Shown here: piece after piece, positions 46,478 through 55,600 of the stretch
How positions within the stretch are numbered: the first letter of the stretch is position 1
Layout: the number at the start of each line of letters is the position of its first letter
Assembly (NCBI GenBank): GCA_038868975.1
Contig: JAWCSA010000001.1
Span: forward strand, 6,905-70,904
Direction: 5' to 3'
DNA: 64,000 nucleotides
Source: Nitrososphaerales archaeon
GTDB lineage: Archaea > Thermoproteota > Nitrososphaeria > Nitrososphaerales > UBA213
Notes under the pieces: generated by a model
The model's input: only the letters and a program-made list of their open reading frames with translations
Database searches by the model: none
What the model was told of the DNA's origin: nothing
Made by a program: the position numbers and the translations under genes

Positions 46478-47994
46478 TCACGCTCAAGGATAGGCAAAGG
46501 CTAGAGGCAGAAAGGAAAAAGGCATCAAAACAACCAAAGGAGTATGCGAAGAAGATAGACAAGGAGTTACCATATTTTATCACACTCATTACATTGATGG
46601 CATCCAGCGGCATAAGTCCCTATCACAGTTTGAAGAAGATCATGTCGTATGATATCCTGCCTGTCATGAGGAAAGAGGCACAAAGCATGGTAAAGCAGGT
46701 AGAGATTCTTGGCGTGGATCCATTGTCTGTTATGAACAAGAAGGCTGATGAAACTTCCTCCACGCTATACCAGGACTTTCTGGCAGGTTACGTTTCTACT
46801 GTGCAAACTGGAGGCAGCATAATAAACTTCCTGAAGAGCAAGATGTGGTCCATTTTTGATCTAAATGCAGCTATGTCAAGGCAGCTTGTAATGAAGCTAG
46901 CAGGACTTGTTGACGCCTATATGATCATTCAGGTGGTTATACTAACAATGTACATAATGTTCGTATCACTTTCAGCCACGCCATCCATATCATTATCATT
47001 TGTCCCAGATGCACAGTCTCTCTCTCGCGGTATCGTAATGTTCCTCATAATACCGCCGGTCATGGCTGCGATGCTCATGTTCATATCGCACCAGATGACC
47101 CACTCTACTTACATGGGGACAGAGAAGATAATCCGGACAGGCCTTATAACAACGGTTGTAAGCGTTATACCAGTTATAGTGTTGTCTGCTGGTGGGTTCA
47201 CAACTAACCTGGAGTTTTTTGGACTGCCATACATGGTTGCTGCAGCGCTATTGGCAGCATCGATCAAGCCCATACTGGATTACCAGAAGATTCACAGAAT
47301 GAATTCAGCAGCAGAGAGATCAACGCCAAGCATACTTAGGGATATAGCAGAGGCAAGGAAGACGGGTCTTTCTCCTGAAAGGTGCATAATACATGGATTC
47401 AAGAGGAAGGGCTATGGCGTATTCAGCACAGTGCTGGATCGCGCGGTGAGCCAGCTGGGCTGGGGCGTACCGTTAAGGAAGATACTTGATAGCATAAGGA
47501 GGGAAGTTAGCAGCTGGTTCGTTTTGATAAATATGAAGATACTTATCGAAGTAATAGAGTCCGGCGGGGGATATTCAGACGCCCTTGACACGCTTGCAGA
47601 GGCGAGCGAAAAGGCACACAACGTGGAAAAGGAAAAGCAGGCGATGCTCAAGCCATACATACTCGTTGGCTTTATGATAATGGGCATAACTGCGTTTACG
47701 ACCCTTATAGTTATCGACGCATTTAGCGGAATTGCAGAAACTGTTGCACCTGGTATATCTTCATCAGGGTCTTTAATTACAAAGGATATGCGGGATCAGT
47801 TTGCATCTAGCATCATATTCCAGTCCTTTCTAGTAGGCCTCTTCTTGGGTAAGATCACCAATGGAACATTTGCTGCTGGCTTCAGGTATTCGGCCATGCT
47901 TGTAATGACAGTGCTCGTTGCGGTTATGTTCGTGGACTATGCACCTATAGACCTGAACATGCTTTTTACCCCACCTGAGCAAGTAAATAAATAA
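46474..47994 (+). CDS. FlaJ/TadC/PilC-like polytopic membrane platform protein
   Basis: ATGA start/stop overlap with the ATPase gene. Two repeated T2SSF-like halves with multiple TM helices. Confidence 0.75.
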   Translation: MITLKDRQRLEAERKKASKQPKEYAKKIDKELPYFITLITLMASSGISPYHSLKKIMSYDILPVMRKEAQSMVKQVEILGVDPLSVMNKKADETSSTLYQDFLAGYVSTVQTGGSIINFLKSKMWSIFDLNAAMSRQLVMKLAGLVDAYMIIQVVILTMYIMFVSLSATPSISLSFVPDAQSLSRGIVMFLIIPPVMAAMLMFISHQMTHSTYMGTEKIIRTGLITTVVSVIPVIVLSAGGFTTNLEFFGLPYMVAAALLAASIKPILDYQKIHRMNSAAERSTPSILRDIAEARKTGLSPERCIIHGFKRKGYGVFSTVLDRAVSQLGWGVPLRKILDSIRREVSSWFVLINMKILIEVIESGGGYSDALDTLAEASEKAHNVEKEKQAMLKPYILVGFMIMGITAFTTLIVIDAFSGIAETVAPGISSSGSLITKDMRDQFASSIIFQSFLVGLFLGKITNGTFAAGFRYSAMLVMTVLVAVMFVDYAPIDLNMLFTPPEQVNK

Positions 47995-48089
47995 AAAGTT
48001 CAAAATCTGTCTTCAACCATTCGATTCTGAGACTTTGTAATATCTCAGTATTACAAATATATTTTAAATCCACAAACATGTAAAAGTTT

Positions 48090-48395
48090 GTGAACAGAAG
48101 ATCTAGGTTAGAGATATACATGGACATAATGCTGGCTCTTGCAGATGGGCCAAAGAATCCAACTAGGCTAATGTATTCTACGAATCTATCATGGGCGCCA
48201 TTGCAGGAATGTCTGAAATCACTGATCTCGCAGGGAGCGGTCGTAGAATCGGAACGCAGCTCTAACAGGAAGGTCTATTCGCTTACACAAAAGGGTAGCA
48301 GCATTATCAGCAGATACCAGGAATTTGCAAAGGAACTTATTCCATTGTCAGACCTAAAACTTGAAAGGGAACGCGACATCGCTATGTTGTATTGA
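48090..48395 (+). CDS. Small winged-helix transcription regulator (COG3432-like)
   Basis: EIYMDIMLALADGPKNPTRLMYSTNLSWAPLQECLKSLISQGAV...YSLTQKG matches the archaeal wHTH family pattern. Confidence 0.6.
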   Translation: MNRRSRLEIYMDIMLALADGPKNPTRLMYSTNLSWAPLQECLKSLISQGAVVESERSSNRKVYSLTQKGSSIISRYQEFAKELIPLSDLKLERERDIAMLY

Positions 48396-49077
48396 AGCTA
48401 ATTGTAAAGGTAATCCAAGCAACATCCATATTTCTCGTGCCTTTCCAACAGTTCTATCAATTTGTTTTCCTTATCTACATTATTGCATAGATGAGCATGG
48501 TTAATTCGTGACCACAGATCGGTGCACACGCCACACTCCTGCTCGTTAACACTATTGCCTGCATGTAAAGACCTTGATTCACATATTTTCGATATTCCAT
48601 TGTATTGATGCAGTTTCATGCTCATCACTCACATATCAAACTTGAACTGCTTTATCGCCGAGAATAGCCTTGCTTTCTTGTTGAAGGTTCTGAGCTCAAG
48701 TTGCATTCTCACAACCTCTTTCAGGTTTGTCCTGTTTGTATTCATACCACGAGTTATAGAATTTTAGTATTAAAGTCTAGTGCAGGTTTCATAAAGATTT
48801 CACATGCGTGAATAACTTTTCTCATTTTCCATTTGTGGGGAAATCGCAATATCATTTCGTTGTAGCAGGTTACAAAAAAGATCACTTATGTAAGTTAGAA
48901 TTGATAATGACAATTCTGTATCATTATTTACATGTCGCGCGCATCTTAATTTCCTTGTAATGTTTCAGAAGGACTTACTTTTATGAAAGGGACTGTTGTA
49001 AAACATGTTACGAGAACATATGCCAGAAATCCATATCATAAATAAGCCGATGGTTCAACTGTATAATTACAATATCG

Positions 49078-49974
49078 ATGACTAATGACAGGAATCGTGA
49101 GCATATATTGAAGAAACATGTTGTATTGCTGATCACGCTAGCAGCCCTGCACTTCATATCTACTTCATTTCATGCTTATGGGCAGGCAAGCCCAGTAACA
49201 TGCGTGGTAATAAGCAATCCTCCTGAAACGCAGGTAGTATCAGATTATGCTGTGACGGTAAGTCCATCATACGTGAAGGTAATGCCTGGAAGCACAACCA
49301 CCTTTGAAATCACAGTATCATCAGAAAGCAAGATCTCAGATGTTATATCTCTAGGCATAGTAGGTTTGCCTGATGGCATAAATGCCGTCTTTGATCCTGC
49401 TAGGGGGACTCCAAACTTTACATCAAAGCTTACTGTTTCTGTAGACGAAATGATCTGTCCAGGCACTTACAGACCTGCCATAATTGCACAGAATACAGGT
49501 ATGGAACTGGTGGACTTTAAGCTTGAAGTAGACAATGCAGCATCTGTACGGAAAGCGATGGAGACCCAGATCGCAGATCTGCATTCTAGAATAGATGAGC
49601 TTGAACGTGCAATAAGGGAAGATAAGGAAGCCAACACGGGATATATCACGATAACACTGACCGCAATGATAGGCAGTTTTCTGCTGGCAGCTTTTGCTTT
49701 ATATGTGCTATATAGACAGCAAAAAAAATCTGACAGCGATTTCCGTGTGCAGGAATTGCTTGATCGCTTAAGGCAGCTGATAGAGATTTCTAAACAGGAG
49801 TCTAATGTTCAGACCAAGAACAGAGCAGAAGAGGTAACAACAAAGGCCGCTGAACATGACATAGGAGATGTTTGGTATGCCCATTGTCCTATATGCGGCC
49901 TGCGAACTGAACATATCAGAGACTATGAAGGCGTACGCTGCACGAGATGCGGCAACCCAAGTAAGTTGGGTTGA
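49078..49974 (+). CDS. Single-pass membrane protein: extracellular beta-sandwich-like domain, coiled coil, TM helix, cytoplasmic Zn ribbon
   Basis: Signal/TM (VVLLITLAALHFI), a beta-rich ~130 aa, a coiled coil (QIADLHSRIDELERAIRE), a TM helix (ITITLTAMIGSFLLAAFALYVLY) and C-terminal CPICG...CTRCG. Confidence 0.55.
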   Translation: MTNDRNREHILKKHVVLLITLAALHFISTSFHAYGQASPVTCVVISNPPETQVVSDYAVTVSPSYVKVMPGSTTTFEITVSSESKISDVISLGIVGLPDGINAVFDPARGTPNFTSKLTVSVDEMICPGTYRPAIIAQNTGMELVDFKLEVDNAASVRKAMETQIADLHSRIDELERAIREDKEANTGYITITLTAMIGSFLLAAFALYVLYRQQKKSDSDFRVQELLDRLRQLIEISKQESNVQTKNRAEEVTTKAAEHDIGDVWYAHCPICGLRTEHIRDYEGVRCTRCGNPSKLG

Positions 49975-50727
49975 AGATTGTCATACTCTTCTTACTTACA
50001 GCACTCTTGTTTCCATTACCGCATTTGTCATTTGATCAACTCACCTGCTGATCTGTTCTCAAGACCTTTCATAACTTGTTTGAATATGGTAACATGCTTG
50101 TAAAGGTATTAGCGAGACCATACCATACATAAGGAAAGGCTAACTTCATTCCATTATTGAGGAAATTGCAAGATTAGCAAAAAGTATGCGCAAATAATGA
50201 AGAACAGCAAACATGGCAGCAGTAAAACTTTGACATACGGCCAGCTGGCTATTTGATCGGGAGGCTAAAAACATGCTGCATTTGCGCATAGACTATTAAA
50301 AGGGTAAAAAGTGGATAAGTGAATATAAACAAAGATTGCATCAAGTGAAATATTGTAATGCTATCAACTTCATGTATGAGGATCTCAAGTTGCTATATGG
50401 GTGTCATTGAACTTTTGCATGTGTATGAGCAATAATATATTGTTCTTCTCATAGATTCTTTATATTGTTCCCCTCCCCCCTTTGCCTTCACACACGCGCG
50501 TGTTTGTTGAATAGCAAATGATGTCAGTGCCAAACCATGAGATGTTGTATGAGATTGCATATGACCATCTCAACCTATAGGAGATATCCATTAAAGCCAA
50601 ACATTGATGAGATATCAGTTGATCTGGTTAACATAGATGTTAAACTAATTTTTCCAGCCCTATTTTCAATTTCATTAACGTTTCTTGCTCCCATACATCA
50701 GATCTCTAAACTATCTGTAACTATATA

Positions 50728-50766
50728 ATCTGACATCAATTTATATTGTAGACAGGAATGTCAGAT
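50728..50766. promoter_or_regulatory. Perfect 9-bp inverted repeat spanning the trmB-like gene's promoter and start codon
   Basis: ATCTGACAT (50728-50736) and ATGTCAGAT (50758-50766) are separated by 21 bp containing TTTATATT. The right arm includes the start codon. Confidence 0.3.
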
Positions 50767-51648
50767 CAATACATGTCATATACTAAAAGCGATGTGTATG
50801 AAATGCCGGATGAAGACACGTCAGGTACTAACAACACTGCAGCAAGCAAGGTTCAAGCAGAACTGGTCAAGTTTGGGTTGACACCAAATGAAGCAAAGGT
50901 GTACATTTACCTTGCGAAGTATGGACATAGACGAGCTGTAGAGATCGCAAAATCAATTCACATACCTAGAACAGAAACATACCACCTGCTATCAAGTTTG
51001 CAGAACAAAGGACTTGTAACTGCAACATTCCAGCACCCAATAAAGTTCAACGCAGTACCGTTTTCAAAGGCACTGAAGATCCTTATAGACATAGAAAAGG
51101 ATAGACTACGCACATTTGAAAGGAAGGAACAGGATCTGTTGTCAGTGTGGGAATCCATACCGGACTTTAAGATGGAAGACGACGATTCAACACAGGAAAA
51201 GTTCCAGATACTGGAGGGACAGGTGCAGGTTTATTCTAGAGCACGGGACATGAGGGCCAAGGCAGAACAGGAGGTTATTGTGCTGGGTTATGAACGGGAC
51301 TACATGAAGCTCTACCATTATGACTTTATGGACGGACTAAATGAGAAGATAGAGAAAGGAGTTACAGTAAAGCTTCTCACCACATTCTCTGCAAACTCGC
51401 TTGACACGATTAAGGAAATCAACCCTTCAGTGATAAAGCACATTCCAGACAACATGAATGCTCCCCTGTGCTTTGTAATGACTGATCGTTCTGAGCTGCT
51501 CTTCTTCATAAAGAATACAGGCGTTGGTAACAAGGGAGTTCTTGCCATGTGGACTGACTGCAAGCCATTCATAGAAGCAATGCACATACTGTTCTCGGAA
51601 CTCTGGAAGAATTCAATTGCCTTCAAGGATGCTGCCAAGAGATTGTAG
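50758..51648 (+). CDS. TrmB-family transcriptional regulator
   Basis: N-terminal wHTH LVKFGLTPNEAKVYIYLAKYGHRRAVEIAKSIHIPRTETYHLLSSLQNKGLV, then a coiled coil and a TrmB C-terminal-like domain. Confidence 0.75.
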   Translation: MSDQYMSYTKSDVYEMPDEDTSGTNNTAASKVQAELVKFGLTPNEAKVYIYLAKYGHRRAVEIAKSIHIPRTETYHLLSSLQNKGLVTATFQHPIKFNAVPFSKALKILIDIEKDRLRTFERKEQDLLSVWESIPDFKMEDDDSTQEKFQILEGQVQVYSRARDMRAKAEQEVIVLGYERDYMKLYHYDFMDGLNEKIEKGVTVKLLTTFSANSLDTIKEINPSVIKHIPDNMNAPLCFVMTDRSELLFFIKNTGVGNKGVLAMWTDCKPFIEAMHILFSELWKNSIAFKDAAKRL

Positions 51649-51713
51649 TCAGTCAATAGGATAATCAAACATTTATTTCATTTTCATTTCTTTCAACTAT
51701 CTTAACTACATGG

Positions 51714-52457
51714 CTAGGGAATGACTTTGGGTCTAAGAACCACGAACCCCGTTTCAGTAAGCTTTGCCGGGTAGATCTGTTCACCATGTCTCATACCTCT
51801 CATCTTCAGCACCTGTATAGCTCTTTCCATGACATCACCCCGCCTACTGTAATGCAGCAGTATAACGCCAGGTGCAATATACCATTCAACAGGTGTTTTG
51901 CCTTCCTCTTCCGAGAATTCAGAGATAAGCAATGAGGTGCATTCTTGGTTTGAAAGCGCCTGCACCAAGCCCATAAGGCCCTGGCGTATGTAAAACCTGT
52001 TGGTGTACTGCATGGCCAGTATCGTAATCGAGTCAATCACCAGCCTCCTAGCATCCACTTTGCGTATAGCTGCAAGCACCATATCTGTGAGGTGTGAGAA
52101 TGGCAATGCCTCACCCCTGTAAAGGGATTCGTTTGGGGTCACAAAGCCCTCTTCTGATATAGAGAAAGGCCTTGCGTCGACAAGAAGTAACTTTCCGTCC
52201 CTCTCCAGCTTGAGTATATCCCAGCTATACGACTTTACATTATTCCTTATATCGTTCGGGCTCTCTGAGAGTGTAACGTAAACGCCTGGCTCTCCATAGT
52301 CCTTAAAGCCTTTATAGAGAAACTGCATGGCAAACGTACTCTTTCCGCTGCCAGGCGGCCCAGATAGGACTATTGAACGGCCTTTTGGCAGTCCTCCTAA
52401 AAGGATATCATCAAAACCTTCTACACCAGACCTTGTCTTTACAATAGCCGTTTCCAC
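51714..52457 (-). CDS. KaiC/RecA-superfamily ATPase (single domain, COG0467)
   Basis: GVEGFDDILLGGLPKGRSIVLSGPPGSGKST Walker A and Walker B RLVIDS. Confidence 0.8.
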   Translation of the reverse strand: METAIVKTRSGVEGFDDILLGGLPKGRSIVLSGPPGSGKSTFAMQFLYKGFKDYGEPGVYVTLSESPNDIRNNVKSYSWDILKLERDGKLLLVDARPFSISEEGFVTPNESLYRGEALPFSHLTDMVLAAIRKVDARRLVIDSITILAMQYTNRFYIRQGLMGLVQALSNQECTSLLISEFSEEEGKTPVEWYIAPGVILLHYSRRGDVMERAIQVLKMRGMRHGEQIYPAKLTETGFVVLRPKVIP

Positions 52458-52633
52458 AACGTCTCAACGAACAGGTTACAAGTTATTTAATCTTTAGTTG
52501 CCTGCAGTCTGTAATTCATGCTACACCTCGCCTTTATTTCATTTTCTTGATCTAATTATGCAATTTTTTGTCGAATGCTCGCTATATACTGTTGTCTAAA
52601 AGAATTTTTGAGAATGAACAGGAGGAGAACTGC

Positions 52634-55600
52634 ATGTCTTATCTTTACACGTTTTTGGCTATAGCCATGATGATCATGATCACGATCACAAACTCATTTA
52701 CTAACGCAAGTTGGTTCTTGAGCGTGGAAGCTCAAGGCTTGCAGTTAAGAGTATCTGCAGCTGAAAGGCCGCAGTTCCAGAACCACTTCTTCGGCCCGCA
52801 AATAGTGCAGGTTGTCATAGACGACCCAGGTGCAACTGACCCTGACGAATCTACTGTAGGTTTGCAGGTAAAGGGTACAACAGTACCCAGGGTGCACCTG
52901 CAAGACGGCCTATGGTACCATTACTTTGCTGAAGAGAACACATTTGGCATATTCATGGACGTTATGACAGATGGTATAAGGGATAACAGGATATCTGTTA
53001 TATCTGCTGGTCCTGCAGATGCAAACCATCCATCTCCCATTACAATAGGTACAACATCATATACCATAGTCTTTGGTACAGGCACAGCAACAGGTAATAC
53101 ATTTGTTAGAGAGATAACAAGGATAGGCGGCACAGGCCCTGTATTCGTAGAAGTAGCACAGGATCTGATATTCCCAACGCTGCCAAGGCCGTTCCAAGCA
53201 GCTAACGCATTAAATGATAATGTTGTACTTGGAGATGGAGGCAATGATATCGCCGTTGGTGCAGGGGCATGCATTGTCCAATCGGATCAGGTTTTTGCTA
53301 CATGCGACTGGCCATTCATAAGATTAACAGGTATAAACGAACTTGACATTGTAGGAATAAGGGCAGGTTCAGCATCTGTCAATTTAACATACGACGATTT
53401 TAATGAGTCTATATCATCAAGGATTGACAGATCAGCTGCATACCCTATAGATGCTGAAGTTATAGTATCATACAGTGACTTTATGTGGAACATAAACCCA
53501 GTAGAGGAGGATGTTGTTAGTTTTGTTTTGGATAAGACAAATGGAAACCCAACTAGTGTGATCTATAGATTTACCAGATCGTACACACCTGCATTTGCAA
53601 CTGATCTGCTGCCAATACTGTTCAGACCAAACCTGAACTTCGATACCAGACAGATCTTGGAGGTAGATGTAGAAGGGCTTAACTCCTTAAGATTCTATGA
53701 ACAATTTGATTCTGCTACGGGATCAATTATACCTGTTATTGGAGGAATGCGAGTATCGGAAAATGCTAGGCCCGTGTTTGCTCCGGAATTTGCACCATTG
53801 AACAAATTTCCAGTAATAACAATGATAGAGAGTGATCCAAACACCTCGTTCTTTGAATCTTTAGATGAGCAAGAGGGAAGCAGATCTACCATATTCACAG
53901 GTTTAAATGACAGGGTCGCTAACTTTGATTACTTTGATATCATAAACAGCGCATCGATGACGTCTCATGATGGTTTTACAACCGTTGACAAGGAATTTTA
54001 TGACTCAGCCGATAGAGCAGTGTTTACAGTTACCGACGCTGATCTGAATCTGAGGAGCAGGGTAAGCGAGCAGCCGCCAGCAAGGGAATCAAGAACATTT
54101 GTTAAGGTTGGCAATCCCTTTCCATTAAGCAACAATCCCGCACTTGCAAAACTGTTTCCTACCAGCGATCCGAACAGGCATACGTTAAAGAACCTTTTTC
54201 CAATAACTGGCTTCACGTTTGATACAGATTCCATTGAAGTCGCTGCATTCTTTCTCGTTAACGATATAACTGCAGATGTAACTGCAAACCCTAACATCAG
54301 GGGCATAATTAACTTTGCAGGTGGTGATACTGCAGCAACTAGAAATGGGATTGCATCTGCTATAAATGATTTTTTTATTAATACTGATGACATCGTGTCA
54401 GCGTCACCATCAGACAGTGAACTGATAGCATTGCAGTTCAACAACCCTGACATGGTGCCTGCTGGTGTGTTCGACAAGGCTAGCGGTATACTAATAAACA
54501 CATCTATTAGACTACAAGATCTATATTCTTTTGAAAGGTTCTCGCTCACAAGAGGTCAGATCCTTAGAGATGCTACCGCCCCTTCAGGTTCTACGCCGGG
54601 GTCTATACAGGCATTTGACATAGACCCATTTCTTTCTGCAGTATCAATATACAGGACTACTGGCGTCGCTCCTGCTACAGTAACCGACCTCACATCGCTT
54701 GCTGGAAACCCAATGGTAGACGTGTTCTTCCCTAGGTATAATTTGATGCAGGTTGATTTGGCAGGATTTAATATTGGGATGGAGGATGTAAGTGGAGATA
54801 GGCTTAACAGCGTGGCATTACAGGTTGAAGCCTTTAGAGATCTTGACCAGAACGGAAAACTGAGCACTCTAGCTGAGCTAGCTACATCAAGAAGAACGAT
54901 GGTCGATTTCAATCCCTTCCAGGCATCTGATACTGACGGTGATGGCATACGCACAATAACAAATCTTGCCAGTACCAGAATAGGGGTTGGCAGCTTCAGG
55001 GTAGTAGATCTAATGAACTTTGATTGGGATGGTGATGGGAGCACAATATTTGAAGGTGATGTTGATGATCTTAGAACTACCAGTGACGGCCCCATACTTC
55101 TCAGGGTATCTGTTGTATTTGCAGATAACAATGTGCCTGCAGAGCCAGTTGAGGTTCTTGAACGGGGCTCGCAGATAGCGGTAATAGATTTTGGTGGGAT
55201 CGGGTCAGTAGTAACACAGGATCCTGACGGCTTGGGAAAAATTGATCAGATCAGGCTAAATGCTTTTGAGAACATGGTATACAGAATACAGGTTAAGGAG
55301 CAGGGCTCGAACTCAAATGTGTTTACAGGTAGAATGGACTTTATGACTGCAAACCAGTTTGATACGGCTCAAAGAGTTCTGGGGGATATCGTCCTGCAAG
55401 GCGATCCTGCAAGAGCATGGCTGGCAAACAGGTTCATACCTCCAAACAGGCTGGCATTTTCTTATTCAGACATTGACATAGTGCGTTCTTTCAGGGCAGT
55501 ATCTGTGACATTCATTTACGAAACATCTGATGGGAAGGTATCATGGGACAGTAAGACATACAAGTTTGGTTCCCGTGCGATAATTACGCTGGAAGATCAG

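Noticed and set aside
48398-48628. 76-aa Cys/His-containing minus-strand ORF convergent with the wHTH gene
   Set aside because: It has no recognisable fold or motif spacing and an unclear start context. It may be real, but it cannot be supported from sequence alone.
50491-50503. Alternating purine-pyrimidine palindrome CACACGCGCGTGT preceded by a C-run (CCCCTCCCCCC) in the 780-bp spacer
   Set aside because: It is eye-catching in an AT-rich spacer about 255 bp upstream of the TrmB-like gene. It is a single occurrence with no partner motif or associated structure, so it is insufficient for a functional call.
51714-52457. KaiC-like ATPase as archaellum FlaH
   Set aside because: No archaellin (FlaB) or FlaC-G genes are in the window. 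The nearby secretion ATPase and platform genes are associated with pilin-like genes, and single-domain KaiC/RecA-like ATPases are common stand-alone archaeal genes.
53998-55131. Antisense ORFs of 183 and 191 aa (and others up to 57645) within the giant gene
   Set aside because: These are shadow ORFs of a 5.3-kb continuous reading frame whose termini are supported by paralogy.
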